NCBI GenBank assembly: GCA_051294375.1
Contig: JBJCIZ010000030.1
Location: forward strand, 1 to 54,759
DNA: 54,759 nt
Reading direction: 5' to 3'
Origin: Paraspadella gotoi
Lineage: Eukaryota > Animalia > Chaetognatha
Shown here: positions 11,201 to 20,701 of the stretch, one piece after another
Layout of the letters: the number at the start of each line of letters is the position of its first letter
Position numbering within the stretch: the stretch's first letter is position 1
Program-made: the position numbers and the translations under genes
The notes under the pieces: model-generated
Seen by the model: only the letters and a program-made list of their open reading frames with translations
Databases searched by the model: none
What the model was told of the DNA's origin: nothing

Positions 11201-11529
11201 TGGTGGAGTTCTCCCAGTTGGGATCCGAGATGCATCTCGGTTTGATCCAGTCGAGTGTTTATTTTTGATTCACTTTCGTCGATCCGTTGATTTACCTTTT
11301 GGTAATTCTGCTGCTGTTTCAGATTATTATCATTCACCAGCCTCAGAATTTGACGAATGCTTTCTGCTTGCCTATTTTCTTGCAAGCATTGTTCTCGCAG
11401 TGCTCCTGAGACTTCGAAGGTGTGGAAGTCCAAGTCAATGCTGCCGCCCTCGCTTTCGGTGGAGCTGCCCGGCGCCGTGGGTGTTGGCGGCGTCGGAGCC
11501 GTCATTTTTCTTCTGACGGCGGAGTCCAT
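8161..11529 (-). CDS. gag: Gag plus aspartic protease of element 1
   Basis: 1122-aa ORF starting ~80 nt after the PBS. Coiled-coil and Pro-rich N-terminus. Protease motif CLYDTGASVNTI with downstream IIIG. No CCHC knuckle seen. Frame shifts into RT near 8200-8300. Confidence 0.85.
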   Translation of the reverse strand: MDSAVRRKMTAPTPPTPTAPGSSTESEGGSIDLDFHTFEVSGALREQCLQENRQAESIRQILRLVNDNNLKQQQNYQKVNQRIDESESKINTRLDQTEMHLGSQLGELHQMMKEMMRETRDMAKENRDHREKQQSQDINARLSSIAQPTPPPPPSIYPNTNAILADQGNNLYLTQPPAKEARPQQEDTPSESGRSDPPSYTPNDQPIKLEKRRGDESPEDFLRSFYEAFKDSPTTDKVDQQLRALLARDKVASRFIEPINQSMWLGLRALCEGSSVSIAEALAEAKIEVDPQVHAKYGLALVNAAKENFETVREXXXXSIPDYVAQMLVEALEPYVPGITSETLEWTTLLEKGETRKLGKAIEYKLRGYLKKSNDGATRKIVKTVSDEDKEKLVNALVQKGQNDKDPNNSATAFYQGSVLQEINNMSEMMREMRKEFGRSGRNGQAERRYERRDDRRDRRSPDRMYEKKSYNNNYKARDWKNEKRTNWRDEKKGKKGPSFGRRRDIVDLTDNLDIDSADDLDENKNNFYYNRVIHKQYKTESEFSQAKLKDNYKSLGEKIMDIKTNGIDESTRQKVRTLAETAHQFRGRSTASRLYKLLKPLSAREIALANKFLHKLGWKNWAEANNGEKKARISRSRACAKLARRAKRDEDNIESKDPQANDNATPFADLPLSFPSEKPDKHKNRPNPSRRNERPSLRKLRPTGDQGNPTYRIVAGEQTGESLHQATIRRVEQECHQPENLLHHPTEPTSTKDETDMPPLPERIASVINEEQGPEPRDDTGKICHSGKNSYIPAVIAGVPASCLYDTGASVNTIPRKFVDKWSLNKNIYHGSPLRLSTATGTITLTERIDLRIMFQKWVLKTVFYISADENDQDIIIGTAITNPGPPEQLWVVQPSDQRDNLQIASMAGKPITHLFREKYEALKAARWLAHGNLDEATTLPIHAERDAYGTIRLMTSRPYWKTVAGSKWILESNDKKTYVVNGDQLREGIELDTSPGTWGTARPLITNEAKLELGLETEATAEPVQADTSGEKPLLRKVRKDHIPATTIIHHKPTEEEMKAVEEARQKEKKNMTHAERKNSSNHSKMSIPAYEKKLTSSGKRCGNTEMYSEKPSMIAKKVS

Positions 11530-11596
11530 CTTCTTGAAGGCGTGGTCGTAGTGGTAAGGCTTTGTCTCTTCTTTTTGGAGTCGTGGCTTGTCGAGT

Positions 11597-11611
11597 CCAG
11601 TCCTGTCACCA
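11597..11611 (-). promoter_or_regulatory. Primer-binding site of element 1 (TGGTGACAGGACTGG)
   Basis: Starts with TGG directly after the 5' LTR. The first 13 nt are identical to the element 3 PBS (34357-34369). Confidence 0.85.
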
Positions 11612-11922
11612 CATTTAAGTAAGTAGACAGAGATTTCAACATGAAACCAAAGTGGATTTTATTCTCGGAAAAGTCACAAGCAAAGAGCGGCGTGAGACAG
11701 TTTAACACAATACAGAAAATGCTCGGTATTTATACAGAGTGAACGGATCAACGACATGGGCTCTTCTCCCGATGGCATGAAGCCCATCTTCTCATTGGTT
11801 GATTCTCGGTGGTGATTCATCCAATCAGAGAGTCCTCGGTTGATTTCATCCGAGTCGCCGATCCGGTTTGGTTCTGATTCGATTCCAATATTTTCTCTTT
11901 GATTGCGATGCCATCTTCGATG
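11612..11922 (-). repeat. 5' LTR of element 1
   Basis: Direct repeat of 1930-2233. Contains minus-strand TATAAAT and AATAAA. Followed immediately by TGG of the PBS. Confidence 0.93.
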
Positions 11923-12255
11923 TCCTTATAAAATCATAAAATTTCAAAAAAATATTTTCTTAATTTTAAAAAAAGAGTTTTGGATTCGAAAACTGAAAAA
12001 CTTTTGTAAAATATATTACATGATATTTTTAGGTTAAAGCTGCGAAAAATGATTAAAAGTTCATCATATAATAGTTTCTACTACAAAGTGTAAAAAAGTA
12101 GAGAATTTGACTTTTTCCATTTTTGACACTGAAGACATTGAAATTTTTAATAACATATTTTATTTTTTGATCTAACTTTTTGTGAAGAATCAGAATCTTT
12201 AATAAAAATTTAAAAAAAATTATTTTGAAAATTTATGATTTTATAAGAATATTAC

Positions 12256-12344
12256 TTAGAGATGAAACGAAAAATTCGTTGTAATAGCAATTTTATTATA
12301 AAAATAAAATTGCTATTACAACGAATTTTTCGTTTCATCTCTAA
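12256..12344. repeat. Perfect palindrome with 42-bp arms and a 5-nt spacer
   Basis: TTAGAGATGAAACG...TTTTATT at 12256-12297 and its exact reverse complement at 12303-12344. Confidence 0.9.
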
Positions 12345-12639
12345 CTATTCTAAATAGCAAAAAAGAAAGTCAAAATACAAGAATATTACTATAAATATAT
12401 TGTAATTAGATTACTATTCCCCAAACAATATAAGCAAAATATTTTTTGTACTCCTTATCACGTCTAAATATACTTGTTTGATCACTCAAATAAAATTTAT
12501 GTTCCCCAGTGCTCCACTCTAATATACAGTAGTCTCTTGCTTGGCTTACGCACAAAAAATAAATCAATATAATGTGCAATGATCACTCTATGATTTAAAT
12601 TGAAGTTAAGTAAACCAGAATTTTAACCCTTATCTTTAA

Positions 12640-13020
12640 GAGAAAAACAGTTTTTGTTTACAAACGATTTATTGACATAGTTTGGTCAGACATGTCGGCT
12701 CTTTTACTTAGAGCCTTCATCAGTGTTTTGACAATCAATATTTTAGTCTCTGTTGAAGTAAGTTTTGAGAGAGAGAGAGAGATAGAGAGAAAAATTGAGG
12801 GAGAGTTTCCCCACAACATCTGACCATTGTCCCTTACCTTATTCTTTGTTGGAAACTCTCCCTCAATTTTTTTTCTCTCTCCTCTCTCTCAAAACTTACT
12901 TCAACAGAGACTAAAATATTGATTGTCAAAACACTGATGAAGGCTCTAAGTGAAAGAGCCGAAACATGTCTGACTAAACTATGTCAAATAAATCGTTGAA
13001 AAAAAAACTGTTTTTCTCCT
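12640..13020. mobile_element. Inverted pair of Penelope-like pseudo-LTR fragments
   Basis: Arms of ~170 bp are reverse complements. Each carries a hammerhead motif and a CT microsatellite, as in the PLE ends at 37672-38120. Confidence 0.75.
12925..12974 (+). ncRNA. Minimal type I hammerhead ribozyme (PLE pLTR)
   Basis: CTGATGA - stem II GGCTCT/AGAGCC - GAAA-CATGTC. Confidence 0.75.
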
Positions 13021-14999
13021 AAACCACAAAAACAACGAAAAGAGAGATATATCATAATTACTAGGCTGAACATGAAAATTAGAAGTTCTCTCTAACAAAT
13101 AATGGTAAAGTGACTGTTAGAGAATATGAAAATAAAATTAATTTTAAAAAATTATTTCATTGATAAGCGCACGGAAGCCTTTAAAGATTATTTATTACTA
13201 TATAAAAGTTAAAAATTTTTTTTGAATTTTTAAATTTTTTTGATAGACTTCGATAGAGCTTTAAAAGTTAGATAAAGGTTATAATACAAATTTTAAAATC
13301 TTTTTGTTTTATTGAAAAAATTTAAAAACCATAAAATTCAGCAATGATTATGATGATGATGATTTTTTAACGTTTTTTGTTTTTAACCAATTTCTTGTCA
13401 AAATTTTTAAAAAATGTAGTACTAACTTTCATTTAACTTTCAAGCTCTATAAGAATCCGTTCTTAAAAATAAATTTTGTAAAAATTTTTTTTATCATTTG
13501 TTATATATTAATAAATATTTAAAAGCTTCAGTGCAAGCAACCAATGAACTAATTCAAAAGTTGCATTGAAAATCGATTTTATAATAGAAGAAAAAAGACA
13601 TTTTTTTTGAGAGAATTAGAAGTTATAAAAGTGTTCAATTTTGGACCGCCTTAATAATTACCCTTATCTTTAAAGAGTCAGCTCTATTTTCCAAAACCAT
13701 CCCGAACATACTTTTACATAGGACTAAGCTCTGACGAACAAAGCCAGAGGTTTTTTTAATATCCTTATAACTGGCCAAGGTAGAATGATGGCAATATTGT
13801 TAATATTTAGTTTCAAAAAAATCCGACCATCTTCGGAAAATCCACCCCTTCTTTGGAAGATTTTCGCCATAGAAGATTTTTCCCGAATCTGACTCCCGGT
13901 TGAAAACTCTTAGAATTCCTCTTTTACTTTTACTTTAATAAAAAATTTCACCAAAATGGACTAATTCACTTTCCCATGATCGTATCATATAAAAATAACC
14001 AAATAAAATGTTAAGAAAAATTTTGAGAGCCCTTCAGACACTTTTGCCAAAGGATTCCAAAATTGGACGTAATTTGTTGAACAGGACATACCTCAGTCAT
14101 GTTTATAACGTTTTCAGGAAAAAATCCCTTTCGTTTTTATAAAATCAGAGATAGAAAATTTTTTTGTCCAGAAGTCTATATATTCTGGCTTGTTTGATAT
14201 CAAAATGTTGATGATTTAACAAGAGAAAAAAAATGCGAGCCCTTCAGATACAACAGGATCGGAATCAAGTGTTTTTACATCAATTTTTTACCGGAATTTT
14301 TCCCAGGAATGTTTATATTGTTTGGTAGTCAGATTTGAACGAAATCTCCATTGAAAATATCTTTCTCGATCTCTAAAGAACGACGTTGGCTCCTATTTTA
14401 CATGGATTTTACATGGAAAAGAAATGAAAAGCGATTTTTACAGGGAGGTCCAGCTCTAATTGGCTAACTTCAAGTGCTTACAGTACAAAAATGGTTTCTC
14501 TTTTAATCGATATCAAAAAACGTCTGGAATATCCAACAGCAACTCCTATAATTGATGCTATTTGCGTAACATGTCATATTTTGTCGTGCCTTTCCTTTAC
14601 AAAATTTTGAGAAATTTTGAAGAAAAGCAAGATAAAGCATAAAGATTCCCAATTTTGACCGCGCGGGTTTCTGACTGCAAACGCCATGATTAATGAAAAT
14701 GTAGGATAAAGAAGCAGAATGTCAACACATATTCCCCAGAACCTCTACTTTCGGATAGTGGCAGGAATGGCAGCATTCCTAATAGGCGCAGTGGCAAAAG
14801 CATGTCCGCCTTCTCTGCTTATCGCAGATTCCAACACTATAATCCACTTTGTCGGTCCATCGGGTCCCCCCCACAATATTGTGGTCATTAAGTTAAATCA
14901 TGTCAGAATATCGAATTATGATAAATTATGCAAAAAAAATGATGTCCGTCTGGACGTCAAGTTTAAATGAAAAATACAAAAGTCATATGTACTTTTTTA

Positions 15000-17250
15000 C
15001 TTTTTTTTACTTTGTAGAGAAAGAAAGTTTTATTTTTATGTGACAAAACAACAATTTCATTAAATATTAGCAGACATTGTTCGACTCTTGTTGCGAGTAA
15101 TCATCAGCACTGGTTCTCAAGAGGTATTAGAGAGGCGGTCTACATCAAAGCCTCTCGAGCCCTCTTTGAACCATGATGGAGGACGATTCGATCTCCCTCC
15201 AAATTACGAATTTGCTTATTAAAGCAGGGGTGGAACGCCTACACCACTACAGCCGCACAATGACTCCCCTGTCCTCGGCGGATGTACCTGATGCCTCCAA
15301 CGCTCCTGTTGCAACTCAGTCCCTCTCTCTGGACCTGAGCTCCGCCCCACACGACGCTAAAAGGAGGAGGAGGACTCCACCAACTCTTCTAAAATAGCAA
15401 GATGAACCACTCGCCGCCTCACCGTCAGGTGAGTAGAAGTGATAGTCGGCAGCATATCAGGCCTAAGGATTATCAGCGGTAGCACCTTGGTTTGTTTCCC
15501 AAGGGAACAATACCTGACCCGGCTCATTTAAGAGCAACCCCATTATCCTCACAGCCAATGACACAATGACCTGTCACCATCAGCTATACTTTTCCTTTAT
15601 AAGACCGGGGTGGCCAGCTCATTTTGAGCTCTTTCTTAATTCTGCAATTTCACTATTATCTCTCACTTATCTGTCATATTTCAATTTTCAATTTTTAAAT
15701 TTCATTTTAGGTTCCGCGTACAAACGTTGCATTTAGGAAAAAAACGACTCTTTCCACTATTGTTCAGTTGTTACTTACAATGTTGATTAACTTTGTGCCA
15801 CAACACAAATTGGGCCGAACGAAGGATTGGTTAGAAACATCTCCACCAGTTTCTAATGATAAAAGAGTACCATTTTGGCAACTTTTAAGAAAAAAAAATA
15901 TGTCCATTTTTGTCCATTTTTACTTACGACTTCTGATTTGAATGCCAAGGAAAGTTGAGAAAAATATTTTACTTTAGAAATCCGTTCTTCCTTATCTTCT
16001 TTACCCCTGGGTAAATTTATTTGCTTAAATCATTTATAGTTTGCCTATGAATTAATTTTAAAGTTAACAAGTAAAAAAGTTGCAGTTTCAGTCTTTATCA
16101 TAATTTGTTAAACAAAAATAAATCAAATCGGTTGAAATTAACAGAAAATATAGCCTATTGAATAAGCTTTTAACACTTACAAAATTATCAAAAAAACTTT
16201 TTTCGTTTAGCCACAAATAATTTTTAAAGACAACTTTTAATTTGTAACTTTTTGTGACTTGCATTTATTTTTGATAAAGAGAATAATTTTAGGTCATTTA
16301 TTAGTTTTAAAAGATGAGGTACATACTGACGTTATTAAAACAAAAAAAACCGCATCCTTTTAATACAATGGAAAGGGTCAGTTTTTGTTTTTCTCAAAAT
16401 CGATAGATTTTGCGGGAAAATTTTCCGCAAAATTTGTCGATTTATTAAATCTGCTAGGTAACCAAAATTTTTTTTTTTTTTTTTTTTTTTTTAACCAAAA
16501 TTGAAATAAAATCTTCCATTACCGTTAATTTCTTTATTTGGCTCAATATAAATGTAGTGAGAGGGAAGAGGAAAAGGAGAGCAGGAAAAGGAGGTCGGGA
16601 GAGAATGAAAGAGGGGGGCAAATGGCAAAAAATAGAAGGCAAATGGCGAAAAAAATAGTGAGATAAATAAAAAGTAGGAAAAGAGGGAAAATGGAAAGAA
16701 AAATAGGGGAAAAGAAAGCTTCATACTAACCAATGAGATCAAGAAAGATGGTAATTATTGAAGTTCAGATTTCGATATCTAAAAGACTTTGATTGTATGC
16801 GGAACCTTTACTAAAGCAACTTTCAACTAATTTATATTTCTACAATGTTAACAGACAAGTTTTCAATATATATCTTTGTTGTACATTGCTCAAATGTAAT
16901 TCTCTATGAACTCTCTCTCTTTATCTGTCACTCTCTCTCTGATCAAATTTCACTTCTTTTTCACAGCTGACTCAATCTTGCCTAATCTCAAATCTGTCCT
17001 CACTTCTAACCACTGTCCTTTATCAATTCTTTGTTGAAAACTTTAAACCTGACCTTTCTTTCTCTCTCTCTCTCTTTCTCTCCCTCTTCTTCTTTATTGC
17101 TTTTTACTCACAAAATTTCAAAACTGTAAAAGCGCTGCTGATGGCTCGCAACAAGAGTCGAAACATGTTTGCTAATATTTAATAAAATCATTGTTTTGTC
17201 ACAGAAAAATAAAACTTTTTCTCTACAATTCTAAATCGCAACGAAACATC
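15000..17250 (+). mobile_element. 5'-truncated Penelope-like fragment with a short inverted pLTR, interrupted by a TIR element
   Basis: 15110-15300 matches the GIY-YIG C-terminus at 40548-40700. Hammerhead-like motifs at 15069-15110 (-) and 17133-17172 (+). Confidence 0.7.
15710..16806. mobile_element. Non-autonomous TIR DNA transposon
   Basis: TIR GGTTCCGCGTACAA / TTGTATGCGGAACC flanked by TTTA on both sides. Superfamily uncertain. Confidence 0.55.
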
Positions 17251-18940
17251 ACAACTAAACCGGAACTCAAGGGTTGGTGAACGAGTACTTAGCTGTCCAA
17301 GCCAATGGGATGAGCTGAGTATCACCAAGTTATACGGGAGGCGAATTTAGGATTCGCCACTATATCTTCTTAAAATTTAATCTTTTTTCTTCAGGGAGAA
17401 ACGAACAATGCAGGATCCTGATATCAACTCGTCGTGTCCCATGGTTACGGTCGTATCTTGTCATGACCGGCTTAAGGCCAGGGATCACTCAACCTAAAAT
17501 TGTAGAAATCTCAATTTAATGTATATTAATCATTTTCTCGCGTCCCGTAAGAGGTTTTCTATTAAAAAATATTTGAAAACTTTTAAAAATCTACCTAAAA
17601 TGTTCATAAAAATTTAAACAAAATTTTTTCTACGGTAAAACTAGATTTTCAAAACTAAAATATTTTTTTAAATGTAAGGTAAATTTTTACAACCAAATTT
17701 TTAACTTAAAACTGATTCTTTACAGTAAGCTCAATTTCTACTTCTTATATTTAATTCTTCTTTTGGTGCAAGTACGTACTTGGAGTTGTATCACTAATAA
17801 GTCTAAAATAAACTATCTACACATTTTCCTGACGGGTTTTTATGCTTTTATGAGTTGTATGAGTTAAAAAACTTATCCAATTTATTTCAATTTGACTTTT
17901 TACTTTATGTAAATGTTTATATCATAAAATAGTTGCCCTATTTTTTAGGGAATCTCTGAAAAAAAATAAAACCTGGATTAAGAAAATTAAAAACAGTAAG
18001 CCGTTTTTTTAAGACAAACTCCATCATCACATCCCGTGTTTGTGTATGTTGTGGTGAATCTTGCAAGAGTAATGAGTACAGAATTTAACTTTCTTGACGA
18101 AGAGAAGTTAAAAACGAAGAGTTGCAGCTCAAACCACAGGACTCTTCTTGAAGAAAAAAATATCTTGGGCAAGAAAGGAAAGGTGGGGAAGATTCTATGA
18201 GCGCGTTTTTGGAAAAACTTTTTTCGTTTCAAAGATATCAGGAATTAATCCCAAAAATTTACTAAAATAATAAAATTTTTTATGAAGGAAGGCAAATTTT
18301 GAAAGTATCTTTTCATAGAATTGGAGTCCGTGACCTAAAGATAATTCATGCCAAATTTCATGAGAAACCGCCTTACCGTTTGGTCTGCAACTCTTCAAAT
18401 AGGTTTCTTTTATTTTATATAGTACAAAAAAAATCGAAAAAACGATGACGCCTTTAAAAAAATAGTAAAGTGAATACATTTTCGGAATCGTCAGGAGCAC
18501 TCCTTTCGAAATCCGAGCTCGGTTTTAGCCTAATTATAATTTGAATTGAGTGATTTGAATTTGCATATATCGTTCGAAAATAATGTATCTTCACCTTTAT
18601 TTTATCTACTTTGGTATTCTTATGATTCCGCTGATTCTTCGGTTTTTTCAGTCATTTCATATGAGGCCCGGATCACGCATACAAAGCTTAGACTAAATTC
18701 GGCGTTCTAATGATTTGAACTCGTAGTACTTTCTTTGTAGATCCAAAACGGAATCGGTTTAAACAGCGGGAGTTGATCCGCCGAGACAGCGTTTTTTGCA
18801 GTCTTTTTTTGCCGATTACTTTTGAACGCTTAGTCCGATTTTTATGAAATTTTAGATTTCGGCTAATTTCTCCATTCTCTTTCCAACGATACCAAATTTA
18901 TATAGTAAGTACGTCTAGTTTCGAAACGACGTGCTAAGGT

Positions 18941-19487
18941 GGGACAGACGGACGGACATCGTTTTTTTGCATAATTTATTATAATTCGATGTTCCGACAT
19001 GATATAAGTGAGTGCCTGACAATATTGAGGGGGCAGACCAACGGACCGACAAAGTGAATTATAGAGTCAGGATCTGCTGAAAGCAGATCCAACTCAAAAT
19101 TATGCGAGTTAAAAAAATGGAGCGAGTTAAAATAAATGATGCGATTTAAACAAATGATGTCAGTTTAAAAAATGATACAAGTTAAAAAAATGATGCAAGT
19201 TTAAAAAATGATGCAAATTGAAAAAATTTTGCAAGTTGAAATAATGTTGCAAGTTGAAAAATTGATGCAAATTGAAAAAATAATAACAGTTAAAAAAATT
19301 ATTTATACCATAGTAACAGTTCAGTTTAATCCCTTGCAAAAGATTTACATGTGTTGGTTTGGTACGGTTTGATCTGTTATGATCAGTTAGGATCACAAAT
19401 TGAAAGAATTATCGTGATTTATCATCTGATTAGCTGATCACTGCTTAATTATTGTAGGCAGATCCGACATTGTTTGCTCAAACTTGT
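18941..19487. mobile_element. DINE-1/HINE-like repeat fragments (two copies) with an 18-bp tandem array
   Basis: GACG microsatellite and terminal hairpin GGATCTGCTGAAAGCAGATCC. An inverted AACAAGTTTGAGCAAACAATGTCGGATCTGCC terminus ends at ~19487. AAAAAATGATGCAAGTT-type repeats at ~19100-19300. Confidence 0.6.
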
Positions 19488-19794
19488 TTATAGAAATATC
19501 TCTTCACAGTAGGGTCCTTTTTAATCCAAGAACTTTCCGAAATTTGAATTGGATATTCAGAGGTAAAAAAGAAAGTAAGTTGGACTGTTGGATGTTAAAA
19601 GATAAAAAAAAGTCCGAAGTTACATTGATTACAAATACAGCCATAATATTTAATATTTTCATTTAAATCCTATTTAAAACCTGTGTATATTTAATTAAAG
19701 TTCATTAGCAAACCCAAAACACAATCTCTAACCATAAAATGGGATGCTTTAGGGAAATGAGGCGAAAAAGTCAATCAATCCTGATTGCCGGCAA

Positions 19795-20557
19795 CTAAGG
19801 CGAGTCAATTGTCCACTGGCTGTCCATGATCCACCCTCCATGGATGCTCTCGGGCTTTGAGTCAAATCCACCGTCTGGCAAACAGTATGAGGGAGGTGGT
19901 TGCAGTCCTGGGGGGGCATAGCGATCCTCTCCACGCAGTCCATTTTTTTCACGCCAAACACATGGGCGATAAAGGTCGATGTCGGAGGGAGGAGGGTAAT
20001 CGGGGTAGCATGGCGGAGAGCTACCATCAACATTCGGTGAGCCTGGTACCGTGACAGATAAATTATTTCCCAAATATGGCAGAAATTTGCAGAAATCTGA
20101 AGTGCAGCGGATTGGAGCCGCGTCAACGGGTGCCCGGTGCCTGGTACCCGGTGGTTTTCGGACAAGTTTACCGGTTTGGTTCAAAGTCAGCGGAACATGC
20201 TCCGGCTGACCAGGGCTGTACCCATAAAAATCCTTGGCTCTGTTCAGCAAGCGATGGCCCTGAGTCTGGTCTGAGTGAAGTCCAACCCCAATATTGAGAG
20301 AGGGAGAGTAAGGATGAAGTTTACGATCTAGCGATGCCAGTTTTATGGCGGCAAATAAGGCGCCAGGGGCCAGCAGAAGGTAGACACCAAGAGAAAACCA
20401 GAATCCATTGAAAGGAAGGAGAAGATTCACGCATACAAGATCGGTGAAAGAAGAAATCATCGTCCAAAGGCAATCACAGGTGCCAACATTTGTTTCCAGA
20501 GCCACTAAAAGCGAGGACACTACCCAATCCGCTTGCATCACAACATGGTTTACATAT
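19795..20557 (-). CDS. PROM: Prominin, last coding exon (TM5 and Pro-rich cytoplasmic tail)
   Basis: VGTC...LVC...PFNGFWFSLG...FAAIKL is the prominin TM5 signature. Acceptor TATAG|A at 20557 is phase-compatible with the exon 2 donor. Confidence 0.8.
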
Positions 20558-20701
20558 CTATAATAAATTAATAATAATTAATGTGTATCCCGCTTAAAAA
20601 AGAGTAGTACAGGTCTGTGCAAAAAAACACACTCTTAAACATTGCGCAAATAACTCTTGTTAAATTCCTTTATTATGAAAGGATAATATTTATAATATTT
20701 A

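Larger units (their letters stand above)
1930..11922 (-). mobile_element. Near-complete env-containing Ty3/Gypsy LTR retrotransposon (element 1)
   Basis: Paired ~305-bp LTRs (1930-2233, 11612-11922). TSD TCCT at 1926-1929 and 11923-11926. PBS abuts the 5' LTR and PPT abuts the 3' LTR. Domain order gag-PR-RT-RH-INT-env on the minus strand. Confidence 0.95.
1792..12521. mobile_element. hAT-like MITE split by element 1 (own sequence 1792-1929 and 11923-12521)
   Basis: 8-bp TSD ATATACAG at 1784-1791 and 12522-12529. TIR TAGGGTGGAG / CTCCACTCTA with one mismatch. AT-rich fold-back interior. Confidence 0.8.

Noticed and set aside
13722-13752. CTGACGA motif resembling a hammerhead core (inverted copy near 48650-48678)
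   Set aside because: No correctly placed stem II-GAAA-UH; part of another dispersed repeat.
19160-19396. ORF with a repeated FFNLHH motif
   Set aside because: Arises from an 18-bp tandem array inside a HINE-like repeat.
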